Under the pieces are notes generated by a model. It was not told the origin of the DNA. It searched no databases and worked only from the letters and a program-made list of their open reading frames with translations. From an uncultured Actinomycetes bacterium (lineage in GTDB: Bacteria > Actinomycetota > JAICYB01): a stretch of DNA of 64,000 nt. The DNA lies in the NCBI GenBank assembly GCA_964560135.1, contig CAZLKN010000007.1, positions 8,418 to 72,417 on the forward strand, given 5' to 3'. Of this stretch, positions 63,693 through 64,000 are shown one piece after another. The first letter of the stretch is position 1, and every line of letters begins with the position of its first letter. Both the position numbers and the translations under genes were made by a program.

Positions 63693-64000
63693 GTGACCAC
63701 ACTAGCCGCACCATCCGAGCAGTTCACGGGCCACGACGTCGAAGAGCGCAACGCGGTCGTGCTCGAGAACTACGGGCTCGTCCAGCGCTTGGCCAACCGC
63801 GTCGCCTCGACGTATGGCCTGCCCACCGGGATGGAGGCCGCCGATCTCGTCTCGCACGGCGTCCTCGGCCTCGTGGAGGCCTGGGAACGCTTCGACCCGG
63901 ACCGTGGAGTGCCCTTCGAGGCCTACGCGGTCCCCCGGGTGCGCGGGGCGATCGTGGACGCGATCCGCCGGATCGACTGGGTTCCCCGCAAGGTCAGGGC
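63693..64000 (+). CDS. Sigma-70-family RNA polymerase sigma factor, FliA/WhiG-like region 2 (3' end beyond the window)
   Basis: Translated by hand from GTG 63693 (SD GGAGGG): ...NYGLVQRLANRVASTYGLP...DLVSHGVLGLVEAWERFDPDRGVPFEAYAVPRVRGAIVDAIRRIDWVPRKVR. No stop before the window end, so it is absent from the ORF track. Confidence 0.7.
   Translation, partial: MTTLAAPSEQFTGHDVEERNAVVLENYGLVQRLANRVASTYGLPTGMEAADLVSHGVLGLVEAWERFDPDRGVPFEAYAVPRVRGAIVDAIRRIDWVPRKVR

Overview
High-GC (about 70%) actinobacterial chromosome around the replication origin. The right two thirds (about 24-64 kb) is the conserved ori-proximal backbone, identified by motif recall because no searches were possible. It contains padR-ino1, cca, murJ with a DUF6049-like partner, trxB/trxA/cwlM, ddl and parB-parA-rsmG. 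It continues with jag-yidC-yidD-rnpA-rpmH, then dnaA-[oriC]-dnaN-recF-DUF721-gyrB-gyrA, a DUF3566 gene, tRNA-Ile(GAT) and tRNA-Ala(TGC). Several genes look inserted into this backbone: an orphan pilT, an enolase-superfamily gene between trxB and trxA, a stand-alone pseudokinase with an extracellular discoidin-like domain near murJ, and a small LAGLIDADG-like ORF between rsmG and jag. Also inserted are a CAP-domain gene plus archease-rtcB after gyrA, a lipoprotein between the two tRNAs, and vapBC. The left third (1-23.7 kb) is the unusual part: an unbroken minus-strand block in which all but one small gene encode exported or membrane proteins. Its core is a head-to-tail array of five paralogous genes (one cut by the window edge). 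They encode signal-peptide proteins made almost entirely of 10-12 copies of a 76-82-aa repeat (VQNQN ... SGDA ... AGP ... SQ-x-GDN ... SGDAVAGSQVTG). The repeat is hyper-acidic and, by eye, has no lysine at all, and I cannot assign it to a known family. Nested in or next to the array are an LPXTG protein, a Pro-rich membrane protein, an S8 protease with duplicated C-terminal domains, a translationally coupled pair of polytopic membrane proteins, and two paralogous Cys-paired Ig-like proteins. The many long ORFs antisense to real genes are treated as GC-driven artefacts.
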